From positions 98,218 through 162,217 of the forward strand of contig JBDROU010000073.1 in the NCBI GenBank assembly GCA_043809745.1: 64,000 nucleotides of DNA. Direction: 5' to 3'. Source of the stretch: a bacterium (lineage in GTDB: Bacteria > Elusimicrobiota > JBDRMW01 > JBDROU01). The notes below the pieces were generated by a model that searched no databases, was not told the DNA's origin, and saw nothing but the letters and a program-made list of their open reading frames with translations. Shown piece after piece: positions 38,212 through 48,352 of the stretch; positions within the stretch are counted from its first letter, which is position 1; the number at the start of each line of letters is the position of its first letter. The position numbers were made by a program, and so were the translations under genes.

Positions 38212-38928
38212 ATGAAAAAATATTGCATGACATATAGTATATTTTTAGTTTTATTGTTTTCTGTTAATCTTTCAGCCGAACCGGTCTTAACTTCATCCGA
38301 AGGATTAAAGACCGATGGGGTCTACCAAAATAAACAGGTAATAACTGCTTCGAGGAATCCTCGTTTATCTTGGGAATTTACTTTTGATTCAGGAACAGAG
38401 CAAGAGAGTATAAATCTTAGAGTTGGTAATTCATTTGGGGCCAGTGATGTGTGGACTTATTCAGGGATATATGACAAGGGTTTTATTCTGTATGCCGGGC
38501 CATCGTTAAGCGTTAATGCTACTTACTATTGGGCGGTTGTTGTTACAGATGATAATGTGCCAAGTCAGGCTTCCGTTTGGGAAAGCACTTTTTTTTATAC
38601 TGATAGTTCTGCTGTTACAACCCCTTATGAATCTCTTATTCTTTACGTGGATTGGAATAATCCCTTTAATCCTAAAGAAGGTGAGATTACAAAGATAAGA
38701 TATGGAATAAATGGGAGTAATGAACAATTGAAAGTAAGGATTTATTCGCTTAATGGAGAACTAATTAGAACACTTGCTGAGCATTTAGGATTTCAGGGCG
38801 CTTTATATACAGTAGATTGGGATGGTAATAATGCAAAAGGGGAGATTGTTTCTAGCGGGATATATATTGTGTTTCTAGAATCAGGTGATGGACAATCGGA
38901 AGTAGTTAGGGTTGTAGTATTAAAGTAA
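38212..38928 (+). CDS. Secreted protein with C-terminal FlgD-Ig/T9SS-CTD-like domain
   Basis: Signal peptide; NPFNP...IYSLNGELIRTL...WDG.N..G..VSSGIY. Confidence 0.75.
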   Translation: MKKYCMTYSIFLVLLFSVNLSAEPVLTSSEGLKTDGVYQNKQVITASRNPRLSWEFTFDSGTEQESINLRVGNSFGASDVWTYSGIYDKGFILYAGPSLSVNATYYWAVVVTDDNVPSQASVWESTFFYTDSSAVTTPYESLILYVDWNNPFNPKEGEITKIRYGINGSNEQLKVRIYSLNGELIRTLAEHLGFQGALYTVDWDGNNAKGEIVSSGIYIVFLESGDGQSEVVRVVVLK

Positions 38929-38934
38929 TTGATT

Positions 38935-40944
38935 ATGAAAAAAATATTTATATTTAGCATTGGTTTTATTTGTTGTTTTGGCTCAGATTTAGGTTTTTGC
39001 GCTGATGATATAAGTAAAAAGGTTGGAACAAGCACAGCTCAGTTCCTGAAAATGGGCGCAACGGCCCGCGTTCATGGTATGGGAGGCGCATTTGTAGGGC
39101 AGGCCGATGATGCAAGCGCAGTTATACTGAATCCCGGAGGTTTGGGTTTCATTGTTAATCCGGAATTCCAGGCCATGCATGCTTTGTGGCTTGCAGATAC
39201 TTATTACAATTATTTTGGTTATGTTCAACCTACTGTTTTAGGAGGTTTTGGATTAAGCGTTCAGCATTATGGCGGACCGAAAATAACCAGTATAAAAAAC
39301 GGAGTAAAGGGAGATAAGTTTGATAATAGAGATCTGGCTGTTTCATTAGCATACGGAAAATCATTCGCTAATATTTTTTCGCTGGGCTTTAATGTTAAAC
39401 ATATATCTTCCAAACTTGCAGAAAAGAGCGCTAATACTTTAGCTTCAGATGTTGGATTGCTCTTAAAGTTGCCCGGTGATTTCTGCAAATTTGGAGTTTC
39501 TGGAGAAAATATTGGCGGCGGGCGGCTTAAATATGATAAGGTAAGTGATCCAATTCCATATCAAATAAGAACTGGATTCGGATTTAACATAGAATTACCC
39601 CAGCATTATTCGGAAATTAATATCCTTACTGAGGCCATAATGCCATCTGATAATAATCTTTATTATGTAATAGGAATAGAGCATTGGGGTGGCGATATTT
39701 TTGCGCTTAGGTTTGGGTACAAGTTTTTAACAGTGGATACAAAATTGGAGCCAATATATAACTGGTGTGGCGGGTTGGGGTTAAACATAAAGGGTATCTT
39801 AATTGATTATTCATACAACCCTTTTGGGGAATTAGGTAATGTCCAGCGAATTTCTTTAGGGTATAGATTTTTAGATTTTGTGCCGCATAAGCGCGAAGTC
39901 GAGACTTCCATGACTGTTGAGCCATTGGTATTTTCGCCTAATAGCGATGCGGTTCGCGATACTATTTTTTTTAGTCCAAAGATTAGTGAAATTAAATCTT
40001 TGAAGAGTTGGAAGCTGGATATACGGGAGCAAGACAGCGGGTCACTTATAAAAAGTTTTACCGGCGAAAAGGATATCCCGGGTGTTCTTGTGTGGGACGG
40101 CAAGAATGAAGAAAAAACTATAGTTCCAGAAGGTAGATACAAATATGACTTTAGCGTAAAAGGTGAAGCGGGTAAGATTGGGAAACATGTTGGAAGAGAT
40201 ATCCTGATTGATCTTTCACCGCCGAAATTGGATTTGGTGATTTCCTCAGCAACATTTTCTCCTAATGGGGACAACATTGAAGATGTATTGAATATGGGTT
40301 TAAGGGCTAGAGATGAAAGTAATATTACGCGATGGACTGTTGCAATATCTAATGAAAAAAATAAAATCGTAAAAGTTATTAAGTCAACGGCTTCTCTGCC
40401 GATGGATATTGTCTGGGATGGAACGGATGATTATTATAGTACAGTTGTTCCAGATGGCATGTATATGTTAGATTTTTCTGCATGGGATGAAGCTGGGAAT
40501 AGAGGATCCAGCAAGATTGTTCCGGTAGAATTAAGAATACCACCTAAATTAGTAAGTGTAAAGGAAACAGACAAGGGTCTGATAGTTAATCTTTCATCAA
40601 AGGTTTTGTTCTCCTCTGGGAAAGCAGTTCTTAAAGAAATGGCTAAAGCCTCGATGGATGAAGTTGTTAAATTATTGCAAGCATATCCTGAGAATAAGGT
40701 GTTAATTGAAGGGCATACGGATAGCATTGGGTCAGCTAAATCAAATATGAGACTGTCCAGTAAGAGGGCATGGGAGGTTTATAGTTATTTTGTAAGGAAC
40801 GGTATTAATCCTAATAGATTGGCTCCTAAAGGGTTAGGGGAGAGTAATCCAATAGCCTCTAACGAGACTTCTGACGGGAGATCAAAAAATCGAAGAGTTG
40901 AAATTACAATATTGAAGAAGGAAATGAAGGATAAAGTTGAATAA
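38935..40944 (+). CDS. PorV-like barrel fused to two FlgD-Ig-like repeats and an OmpA peptidoglycan-binding domain
   Basis: AQFLKMGATAR..GMGGAF...DDASA...NP; two FSPN.D...WDG....VP.G.Y repeats; IEGHTDS.G....N..LS..RA...NRRVEI. Confidence 0.85.
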   Translation: MKKIFIFSIGFICCFGSDLGFCADDISKKVGTSTAQFLKMGATARVHGMGGAFVGQADDASAVILNPGGLGFIVNPEFQAMHALWLADTYYNYFGYVQPTVLGGFGLSVQHYGGPKITSIKNGVKGDKFDNRDLAVSLAYGKSFANIFSLGFNVKHISSKLAEKSANTLASDVGLLLKLPGDFCKFGVSGENIGGGRLKYDKVSDPIPYQIRTGFGFNIELPQHYSEINILTEAIMPSDNNLYYVIGIEHWGGDIFALRFGYKFLTVDTKLEPIYNWCGGLGLNIKGILIDYSYNPFGELGNVQRISLGYRFLDFVPHKREVETSMTVEPLVFSPNSDAVRDTIFFSPKISEIKSLKSWKLDIREQDSGSLIKSFTGEKDIPGVLVWDGKNEEKTIVPEGRYKYDFSVKGEAGKIGKHVGRDILIDLSPPKLDLVISSATFSPNGDNIEDVLNMGLRARDESNITRWTVAISNEKNKIVKVIKSTASLPMDIVWDGTDDYYSTVVPDGMYMLDFSAWDEAGNRGSSKIVPVELRIPPKLVSVKETDKGLIVNLSSKVLFSSGKAVLKEMAKASMDEVVKLLQAYPENKVLIEGHTDSIGSAKSNMRLSSKRAWEVYSYFVRNGINPNRLAPKGLGESNPIASNETSDGRSKNRRVEITILKKEMKDKVE

Positions 40945-40998
40945 CTAAACTTTTAATATTTTTCTCAAAGTTTAAATCATTAACAGAAGACTCCCATG

Positions 40999-41036
40999 TA
41001 GAAATTGCCGAAATAAATTTCTTCGAGCAGTTTCTA
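40999..41036 (+). terminator. Stem-loop downstream of the OmpA-fusion gene
   Basis: TAGAAATTGC...GCAGTTTCTA arms with inner CGAA/TTCG; no clear U-tract. Confidence 0.35.
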
Positions 41037-41098
41037 GAGATCTTAATTTATAATCGATTTAATTAAGCTAAATATACGAATTGTTAAAAGGAGTTTTT

Positions 41099-42562
41099 GT
41101 GGAGTTTGAACCGGTTATAGGCCTTGAAGTACACGCGCAGTTAAAAACAAATTCAAAAATATTTTGTTCATGTTCAACACATTTTGGAGAAGACCCGAAT
41201 AGCAATATATGCCCTGTGTGTACAGGGCAACCGGGGGTATTGCCGGTTCTTAATAAACGGGTGGTTGAATTGATTGTAAAGGCTGGAATTGCTGCGCATT
41301 GTTCAATCTCGCCTCACTCAATTTTTGCGCGCAAACACTATTTTTATCCTGATCTGCCTAAGAATTACCAAATATCACAATACGAAGCGCCGGTTTGCGA
41401 GAATGGATATCTAAATATTAAAATCAATGATAAAACGAAAAAGATAGGAATAACCAGGATCCATCTCGAAGAAGATGCTGGGAAGCTGCTTCATATGATA
41501 GGTTCCCGTGTTATTGAAGGCAGTCTTGTTGATTTCAATCGAACGGGTATTCCTCTAATAGAGATTGTATCGGAGCCGGATATTAATTTTCCAGAAGAGT
41601 GTTATGAATATTTAATTAGTTTGAAGCAGATATTAGAATATATGGAAATCTCGGACTGTAATATGGAGGAAGGTAAGCTCAGGTGTGATGCAAATATCAG
41701 CTTGCGCAAAAAAGGGGATAAAAAACTCGGTGTTAAAACTGAACTAAAAAATATGAATTCATTCAAAGCGGTAAAAGAAGCTGTGTTTTATGAAATAGAG
41801 CGTCAAAGAGAAATACTATCAGCTGGCGGGACAATTGTGCAAGAAACTAGGTTATGGTCATCAGATCGGAAAATAACCGAAACGATGAGGACTAAAGAAG
41901 AAGCACATGATTATCACTACTTTCCTGAGCCGGATCTCATACCTTTAGAGTTAAAAGAGGATTTTATTAAAAATGTTAAATTAACCATTGGAGAGCTTCC
42001 AAAGGATAAGAGCGACAGGTTTGTTAAAGAATTGGGGCTTTCTGAATATGATGCGGGGGTGCTGACAGCTAACAGGAATATTGCTGCATTTTTTGAGAAA
42101 ACACTGAATCATCTTGATTCCGAAAACTTTGCGCTAAATGAAAAAGCTAAGATGGCTTCCAATTATCTTACCAGTGAGATTCTGGGCAGGCTTAATAAAG
42201 CTAAATTAGAAATAAGTACATCTCCAATAAATCCGGAGAATCTGGCGCATTTAATTGGATATTTGTTAAGAGGAGATATATCCAATAAAATAGCAAAATC
42301 TGTTTTAGATGAGTTATTTACAACTTCTAAAAGCGTTAAAGAAATAATTAAAGAAAAAGGCTTAAAACAAATCACGGATTCAAAAATACTGGAAAAATAC
42401 ATTTTAGAAGCAATTCAGGATAATCCGCAGGCTGTACAACAGTATTTGGAAGGAAAGGAAAAAGCACTTGGGGCTTTAGTCGGACATATAATGAAAAAGA
42501 CAAATGGACAAGCAAATCCGCAATTAATTAATAATCTTCTTAAGGAAAAAATTAGACAATAA
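41099..42562 (+). CDS. gatB: Asp-tRNA(Asn)/Glu-tRNA(Gln) amidotransferase subunit B
   Basis: IGLEVH.QL.T.SK.FC, YFYPDLPK.YQISQ, HLEEDAGK, LRCDANIS, YFPEPDL; GTG after AAGGAG. Confidence 0.97.
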   Translation: MEFEPVIGLEVHAQLKTNSKIFCSCSTHFGEDPNSNICPVCTGQPGVLPVLNKRVVELIVKAGIAAHCSISPHSIFARKHYFYPDLPKNYQISQYEAPVCENGYLNIKINDKTKKIGITRIHLEEDAGKLLHMIGSRVIEGSLVDFNRTGIPLIEIVSEPDINFPEECYEYLISLKQILEYMEISDCNMEEGKLRCDANISLRKKGDKKLGVKTELKNMNSFKAVKEAVFYEIERQREILSAGGTIVQETRLWSSDRKITETMRTKEEAHDYHYFPEPDLIPLELKEDFIKNVKLTIGELPKDKSDRFVKELGLSEYDAGVLTANRNIAAFFEKTLNHLDSENFALNEKAKMASNYLTSEILGRLNKAKLEISTSPINPENLAHLIGYLLRGDISNKIAKSVLDELFTTSKSVKEIIKEKGLKQITDSKILEKYILEAIQDNPQAVQQYLEGKEKALGALVGHIMKKTNGQANPQLINNLLKEKIRQ

Positions 42563-43899
42563 TGTTCAAAAAAGAAAGTATTTTTTGGGTAGTTTTGCCA
42601 TATACAATATTGATTTTCTTATGTGTTCTTGCTTGGCTAGAACAAAACATAAACTTAACCGATTATATTGGTGAAGATTGGGGTGCGGTATTCTATACTC
42701 TGCAAGATGGAGTCAAAACATTTGGGAGCGCTCATCTGTGGTTGTTTTATACTTCGGTTGCACTAATGGCTTGTTACTTAATTTATCAACTGCAAAAGCT
42801 TCCTCAAGGATCAAAATTAATCGAAAATTCAATAAATGAAGAAACGTTTAAATCATATGAAAGCAACGATACATTTAATGTCAATCATGATCTAGAATTC
42901 GTCGCTGATATTATAAAGCGTGCTATGCGAGCTTTTGGGTTCCATATACTTGAAGCTCAATCCGGAAAGGAAATTTATTTTTGGGCAGAGAAGCACAGGT
43001 TAAATAGATGGGGCATGTATATAATACATTTAAGCTTATTAGTGGTATTGTTGGGAGCGCTAATAGGGAATATCTTTGGTTTTAAGAAATCAGTTACGCT
43101 TGTGGCAGGCGCACAGCAGGAGTTTGAATATAAAAGTATGAGTATTAAGCAGGATATGTTTAATATAAATTTTTATAAGGATTCAAATATTCCGAAAGTG
43201 ATAAATAGTTCAGTCGGGCTTTATCAAAAAGAAAAATTAATAATAAATAAGGAGATTAGATTCAACTCTCCTCTAGAATACAACGGATTAAGAATTTATC
43301 AATCGCAGTATGATATAGTAATTCGGGATGCTCAAGTTGAGATTGAAATACCGCAAAATTATCGTCAACGAAAAAAGACAAGATTAATACGTTTGCATTT
43401 TGGGAGAGTTTTTCCTATTGAAAGAACAAGATTAAGTATTCGGTTAGATAGTTTTGTTCCTGATTACGGCCAAAATGAAAATGGATTTTATTCTCGCAGC
43501 GCTGAGTGGAATAATCCGGCAATTCTCTTAAGTTTATTTAAAAAAGATGAGCTTGTAGGCAGGGACTGGCTTTTTAGCCGTATGCCGGATTACCAAAAGA
43601 ACATTTTTAAAACGAATGTGGGATATAAATTAAAACTAAATGAGATCAATCCTGCTTATTCCAGCACGTATTTTATTAATTTCGATCCGGGGTTAAAAGT
43701 AGTTTGGGTAGGTTTTGGCCTTCTGCTTATAGGATTGGTTCTGCAGTTCTATTTAGTTAACCGTAATGTTAAAATACTTATACGCTCCAGAAATAAAAAT
43801 ACAGCTGTTTTGATAGCAGGTGAATCGGTGCGCGACAGATTGATGTTTAATGAATATTTTAAAAAAATTGTGCGGGAATTAAAAAAAGCAAATAAATAA
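42562..43899 (+). CDS. ResB/CcsB-like cytochrome c biogenesis protein
   Basis: R.G.YIIH.S....L.GA, N.PL.Y.G.RIYQ, S.....DPG..VW.G. Confidence 0.8.
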   Translation: MFKKESIFWVVLPYTILIFLCVLAWLEQNINLTDYIGEDWGAVFYTLQDGVKTFGSAHLWLFYTSVALMACYLIYQLQKLPQGSKLIENSINEETFKSYESNDTFNVNHDLEFVADIIKRAMRAFGFHILEAQSGKEIYFWAEKHRLNRWGMYIIHLSLLVVLLGALIGNIFGFKKSVTLVAGAQQEFEYKSMSIKQDMFNINFYKDSNIPKVINSSVGLYQKEKLIINKEIRFNSPLEYNGLRIYQSQYDIVIRDAQVEIEIPQNYRQRKKTRLIRLHFGRVFPIERTRLSIRLDSFVPDYGQNENGFYSRSAEWNNPAILLSLFKKDELVGRDWLFSRMPDYQKNIFKTNVGYKLKLNEINPAYSSTYFINFDPGLKVVWVGFGLLLIGLVLQFYLVNRNVKILIRSRNKNTAVLIAGESVRDRLMFNEYFKKIVRELKKANK

Positions 43900-43936
43900 A
43901 TCTTGAAAGAAATTCAACTGCAAAGAAAGGATTAAG

Positions 43937-44785
43937 ATGGATATTCTGTTCTTAAATTTAAGTTGCTGGGGTTATGGGATTAGTCTCATATGCTACTTGA
44001 GCTATTTATTTATAGTTAAAAGAAGATTTGCGGCTGCTATTCTTAAGATGCTGATTTCTTTAACAATATTTTCGCACGCGCTTTTTTTTATAAGCAGATA
44101 TATGCTGATTTATTTTCCGGTTATTGAGTATAAAAAATATTTGCCATTTAACACTTATTGGGAAGGATTAACACTTTTAGCCTTGGGTATTATAGTTCTG
44201 ACATTCAGTCTTGGTTTCTTTGAAAAACAAAGATTAGTAGCGGCAATTAATTTGACACTGGTGTTAGGCATGCAGTTATTAGTGTTTAATATGGATAAAT
44301 ACATGCCTTTGATTGCGCCTCCATATCAAACATTCTGGATGAGTTCGTATGCTTTTATAAGTTTGATCGGATACTCATTCCTTGCAATAAGTTTTATTTG
44401 TAGTTTAGTGTACTTGGCATTATTGCTAATTTCCAAATCTGCTTTCCTAAAACGCATTTTCTCGAAATCTAAGGATCTTTCTTTAGAGGAGCTTTTAATA
44501 TTTAATCAGCGTTTTGTTTATTTCGGGTTCCCTTTAATGTGCGCTGGAATTATATTGAGATCCAGCTGGTCGAATCTCGCATGGGGGGAATGGTGGCAAT
44601 GGAATAATGAGGAAATTTGGTCGCTAATAGCTTGGCTGCTTTATATGTTGTTTATATACATTCGTGAAAATAAGCAGAATATACAATTGTTCCCGGCAAT
44701 TGTATCTTTAATTGCGTTTGTTTGCGGAATAATAAGCTACTTCGGGCATAACATTATAGGATTTAATATATTTAAAAACTTCTAA
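43937..44785 (+). CDS. CcsA/ResC-like membrane protein with degenerate heme-handling motifs
   Basis: P....E, GFP, W...AWG.WW.W..EE.WSLI.W..Y (WWD-like); canonical His positions read Tyr. Confidence 0.8.
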   Translation: MDILFLNLSCWGYGISLICYLSYLFIVKRRFAAAILKMLISLTIFSHALFFISRYMLIYFPVIEYKKYLPFNTYWEGLTLLALGIIVLTFSLGFFEKQRLVAAINLTLVLGMQLLVFNMDKYMPLIAPPYQTFWMSSYAFISLIGYSFLAISFICSLVYLALLLISKSAFLKRIFSKSKDLSLEELLIFNQRFVYFGFPLMCAGIILRSSWSNLAWGEWWQWNNEEIWSLIAWLLYMLFIYIRENKQNIQLFPAIVSLIAFVCGIISYFGHNIIGFNIFKNF

Positions 44786-44795
44786 GGAGCGCTAA

Positions 44796-45590
44796 ATGAT
44801 CTCTGATTATAAACATTTGTTTGCAGGCTGTTTTCTAATGGCATTCTCTTTTGTTTGTGCTTCAACACTCTGGAGTGATCAAAATTTACAGACAGAAATC
44901 ACATATTATGGATTGTTTTGCTTCAGTATCAAGGATTCGAATAATAGGATTACTTTAACAGATCCTTTTGATGCATCAGAAGTTGGTTTGTCAACCCATA
45001 CTGTCAGGCCCAATACGGTAATAATTACTCATGCTCAAACTAAAAAGAAACTTATCGAGATTGTAAAACCTCCATTTCAAATACTAAATTCTTACGGTAA
45101 TTATAGAATTATGGGTATTCTATATAATGGGATCATGACCTCGAAATTAAATAATATGTATTTGTGGGATATGGATGGCATCCGATTTTTGCATATGGGG
45201 AATTTAACGCAGAATAAATTTAACGATGGAACCTTAAAAAAACTTCAATCAATTGATGTTGTATTTTTTCCAATCGGAGGGTATTTTAAGAATAGGTCAG
45301 ATGAAATATGGGATTTGATCTCTATTCTTCAGCCAAGTATTGTAATACCTATGTATTATCAACTGCCTGAGCTTCCAGAATCTTTTACTCTCGGGAATTT
45401 AGATGATTTTATTCAAAGTTATGAGGGTATTATAAAAAATATCGGGGATAGGACTCTGCGTATAAATAAGGAAAATTTGCCGGATCAGATTACAATATAT
45501 ATACTTTCGCACAAAGAAGCAGAGATCCCAGAAGCAACTGAAAAAGTTATTGAGGAGTTGGAAGAAAATGAAATTAAAGAAGAAGAATAA
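44796..45590 (+). CDS. Exported MBL-fold protein, probably catalytically inactive
   Basis: Lactamase_B_3-like scaffold (TDPF, H.G.L, PIGG, P..VIPM.Y) with substituted metal ligands; signal peptide. Confidence 0.7.
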   Translation: MISDYKHLFAGCFLMAFSFVCASTLWSDQNLQTEITYYGLFCFSIKDSNNRITLTDPFDASEVGLSTHTVRPNTVIITHAQTKKKLIEIVKPPFQILNSYGNYRIMGILYNGIMTSKLNNMYLWDMDGIRFLHMGNLTQNKFNDGTLKKLQSIDVVFFPIGGYFKNRSDEIWDLISILQPSIVIPMYYQLPELPESFTLGNLDDFIQSYEGIIKNIGDRTLRINKENLPDQITIYILSHKEAEIPEATEKVIEELEENEIKEEE

Positions 45591-45604
45591 TCGGAGATGA
45601 TATT

Positions 45605-46873
45605 ATGCCATTTGTAATCCCGTTTTCAGGAGTAAGATTTAATCAAGAGAAAATAACAGATTTGTCAAAAGTTATTTGCCCGCCGTATGATGTCATCAGC
45701 TCTCAGGATAGAAAACACATATTTAATTCCCATCCAAACAATGTTATACGGCTTGAATTGCCGGAATCCAGAGGCAATTCTGATAAATATGAAGAAGCTT
45801 CAAAAACGCTTAATAAAATGTTTAATGAAAAAATATTAAAGCAGGATACATCAAGGCATTATTATCTATATGAACAAGGATTTAAATTGGAGAAACGTTA
45901 CTGCAGGCGGTTAGGATTTTTTGCTGCGGTTAGGGTAGAGGACCCAAGAAAAGGAAGTATACTTCCTCACGAGAGAACCTTTGCAGGGCCAAAGGAAGAC
46001 AGATTAAAACTTATGCGGGCTTTGCGAATGAATGTAAGCCCAATATTTTTAGTATTTGCAGATAAACGTAAAAGAATCATTAAGCTTTTAAAAACACAAT
46101 CCAGAAAGAAACCGGTGTTCAAGTTCAGGGATATTGCTGGGATAAGTCATACATTATGGTTAATTGATGATAAAAATACGCAAAGTTCTATGCACAATGC
46201 TTTGTCAGACAAAAAGCTTTTTATTGCTGATGGACACCATAGATATGAGACCGCTTGGAAATACAGCCAGCTAAATTCAGAGGATATAAAGCGGGGTGTT
46301 TACAATAACAGCAATTTTATTTTGAGTTTTATTTGTCCGATGGAGGACAAGGGTTTGGTAATACTGCCTACTCACAGACTTATAGAACTTTCGGATGCTA
46401 ATGCATTTTTCAAATTAAATGAAAACATTTCCAAATATTTTACAAAAATAAATATAGAAAAATTTTCCGATTTTAAGCGCTTATTAAATGCTAGCAGCAG
46501 TAGATCTGAAAATGCTTTTGGTTTGATTAATTCAAAGGAAAATATTTTTATAAAATTGAATATAAAACTTGAAAAAGCAAATATTTTAAACAGTCACTCT
46601 AAAGCATACAGAGCTTTAGATGTTACAATACTTCATAATCTTATTCTTAAAGACGTTAACATAAAAGGGATCAGATATATAAAGGATTCATCCGAAATCT
46701 TACGCGTCGTAAAAAAAGAAAAAAACACATGTGGATTCCTTCTTAAATCGACATCCGTACAGGAAGTTGAGCAAGTTGCTAAATCAGGAGAAGCGATGCC
46801 GGAGAAATCTACATATTTTTATCCTAAACTGGCTACAGGAATAGTGTTGAAAAGTTTGGTTGGCGGGGTTTAG
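45605..46873 (+). CDS. DUF1015 family protein
   Basis: PPYDVIS, PHE.T...K.DR..L, IADGHHRYETA, PTHR, MP.KSTYFYPK. Confidence 0.92.
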   Translation: MPFVIPFSGVRFNQEKITDLSKVICPPYDVISSQDRKHIFNSHPNNVIRLELPESRGNSDKYEEASKTLNKMFNEKILKQDTSRHYYLYEQGFKLEKRYCRRLGFFAAVRVEDPRKGSILPHERTFAGPKEDRLKLMRALRMNVSPIFLVFADKRKRIIKLLKTQSRKKPVFKFRDIAGISHTLWLIDDKNTQSSMHNALSDKKLFIADGHHRYETAWKYSQLNSEDIKRGVYNNSNFILSFICPMEDKGLVILPTHRLIELSDANAFFKLNENISKYFTKINIEKFSDFKRLLNASSSRSENAFGLINSKENIFIKLNIKLEKANILNSHSKAYRALDVTILHNLILKDVNIKGIRYIKDSSEILRVVKKEKNTCGFLLKSTSVQEVEQVAKSGEAMPEKSTYFYPKLATGIVLKSLVGGV

Positions 46874-46889
46874 TTGTTTTAATATTTCT

Positions 46890-47465
46890 ATGAATATATT
46901 GGATTTCTTTATTATCATATTAATCATCATAGGCGGTATTTTTGGATGGAGAAAGGGATTATTTTTGACTATGAGTTATGTAGTCGGCGGCATATTGGGG
47001 TGCTGGGCGGGAAGCAATTATTATGCATTGCCCGGCAGGTTTTTCCCGTTTTTAAGAGATTATATGGCAATTAGTTATTTTTTGACTTTTATTTGTGTTT
47101 TCTTTTTAGTTATTGCAATAGGTCTAATAATTAGAAAACTGCTTAAAATAATGTATATAGATTTTATTGACAAGATAATCGGATTGCCCGCAGGTGTTTT
47201 TTTGAGTTTTTGCATAATCGGAAGTATTTTGATCCCGATAAATTTAGCAAAAATAACTTTTATTAAAAAGTCAGTAAATGAATCTGTGCTTGCTCCTGGC
47301 ATTTTGCAGGCGACAAAGAGAATAATCAAGATATTGCCTCCTAGAAGAAAAAAATTGTTTGAACACACTATTGTCAAAAAAGTCAAACCTGTTGTTGACG
47401 GTGTGGAACAAAAATACTACACCCCTGTTAAAAAATATATTAAGCGCAACAAAAATATTAATTAA
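46890..47465 (+). CDS. CvpA family protein
   Basis: N.LD.........G...G; four TM helices; DK..G...G; S.LAP. Confidence 0.8.
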   Translation: MNILDFFIIILIIIGGIFGWRKGLFLTMSYVVGGILGCWAGSNYYALPGRFFPFLRDYMAISYFLTFICVFFLVIAIGLIIRKLLKIMYIDFIDKIIGLPAGVFLSFCIIGSILIPINLAKITFIKKSVNESVLAPGILQATKRIIKILPPRRKKLFEHTIVKKVKPVVDGVEQKYYTPVKKYIKRNKNIN

Positions 47466-47490
47466 TTTTATTATTTACATAAATTAAATT

Positions 47491-48333
47491 ATGGGTTATA
47501 GATCTTACAATGCTGAAAAATTCTTTTCTCCTTCTTACGGTTTTAGGGGAGCGGTTAAGTACCTGATAATAATAAACTGCATAATATTTGTTTTTCAACA
47601 GTTTACAACCTTTGAATTTATACGTATTTTTGGGCTCGTTCCTTCAAAAGTAATAAATGATCTATGGATCTGGCAGATTGTTAGTTATATGTTTTTGCAC
47701 GGAGGTTTCGTACATTTGTTATTTAATATGTTTTGCCTGTGGATGTTTGGCAGAAATATTGAGGCACAGTGGGGGAGCGCGGAGTTTATTAAATTTTATT
47801 TTATTACTGGTATTGGAGCGGCTTTATTTACTATAGCAACCTCTTATAATTCAACAATTCCAAGTATTGGGGCCTCGGGATCAGTTTACGGACTGCTTGT
47901 TGCATTTGCAATGATGTATCCAAATGCGGTTATATATCTGTATTTTCTTTTTCCTGTAAAAGCCAAATACCTTATTATTATCTTTGCAGCGGTTGAATTC
48001 CTTGCTTCATTCTCTCACAATACAGGAATAGCGAATTTTGCCCATCTTGGCGGGATGTTAACCGGATTTTTATATCTGCGTTATGGTTGGAAAATTAGGA
48101 ATCAATACAAGTCAATATTGGAAGATATTTTTAACATTAATACTATTAAGAGAAAATCTAAGTCTAGAAAAAAATCTTTTACTTCGGATGATTTAACAAG
48201 CAAAGTTAATAGAATACTTGAGAAAATATTGGTAAATGGTGCGGATAGTCTGACTAAAGAAGAAAAGAAGATAATGGATCAATACTCAGAACTAATAAAT
48301 AAAAGCGGATCTTCTCACAATACGCTGCACTAG
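47491..48333 (+). CDS. Rhomboid family intramembrane serine protease
   Basis: WQ..SYMFLHG, HLLFNM, GASG, AHLGG; C-terminal ILEKI..G..SLT.EEK. Confidence 0.93.
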   Translation: MGYRSYNAEKFFSPSYGFRGAVKYLIIINCIIFVFQQFTTFEFIRIFGLVPSKVINDLWIWQIVSYMFLHGGFVHLLFNMFCLWMFGRNIEAQWGSAEFIKFYFITGIGAALFTIATSYNSTIPSIGASGSVYGLLVAFAMMYPNAVIYLYFLFPVKAKYLIIIFAAVEFLASFSHNTGIANFAHLGGMLTGFLYLRYGWKIRNQYKSILEDIFNINTIKRKSKSRKKSFTSDDLTSKVNRILEKILVNGADSLTKEEKKIMDQYSELINKSGSSHNTLH

Positions 48334-48352
48334 GGACAAAAGTAAAACTATA

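Noticed and set aside
41099-42562. gatB without adjacent gatC/gatA
   Set aside because: Dispersed gat genes are common; the partners are probably outside the window
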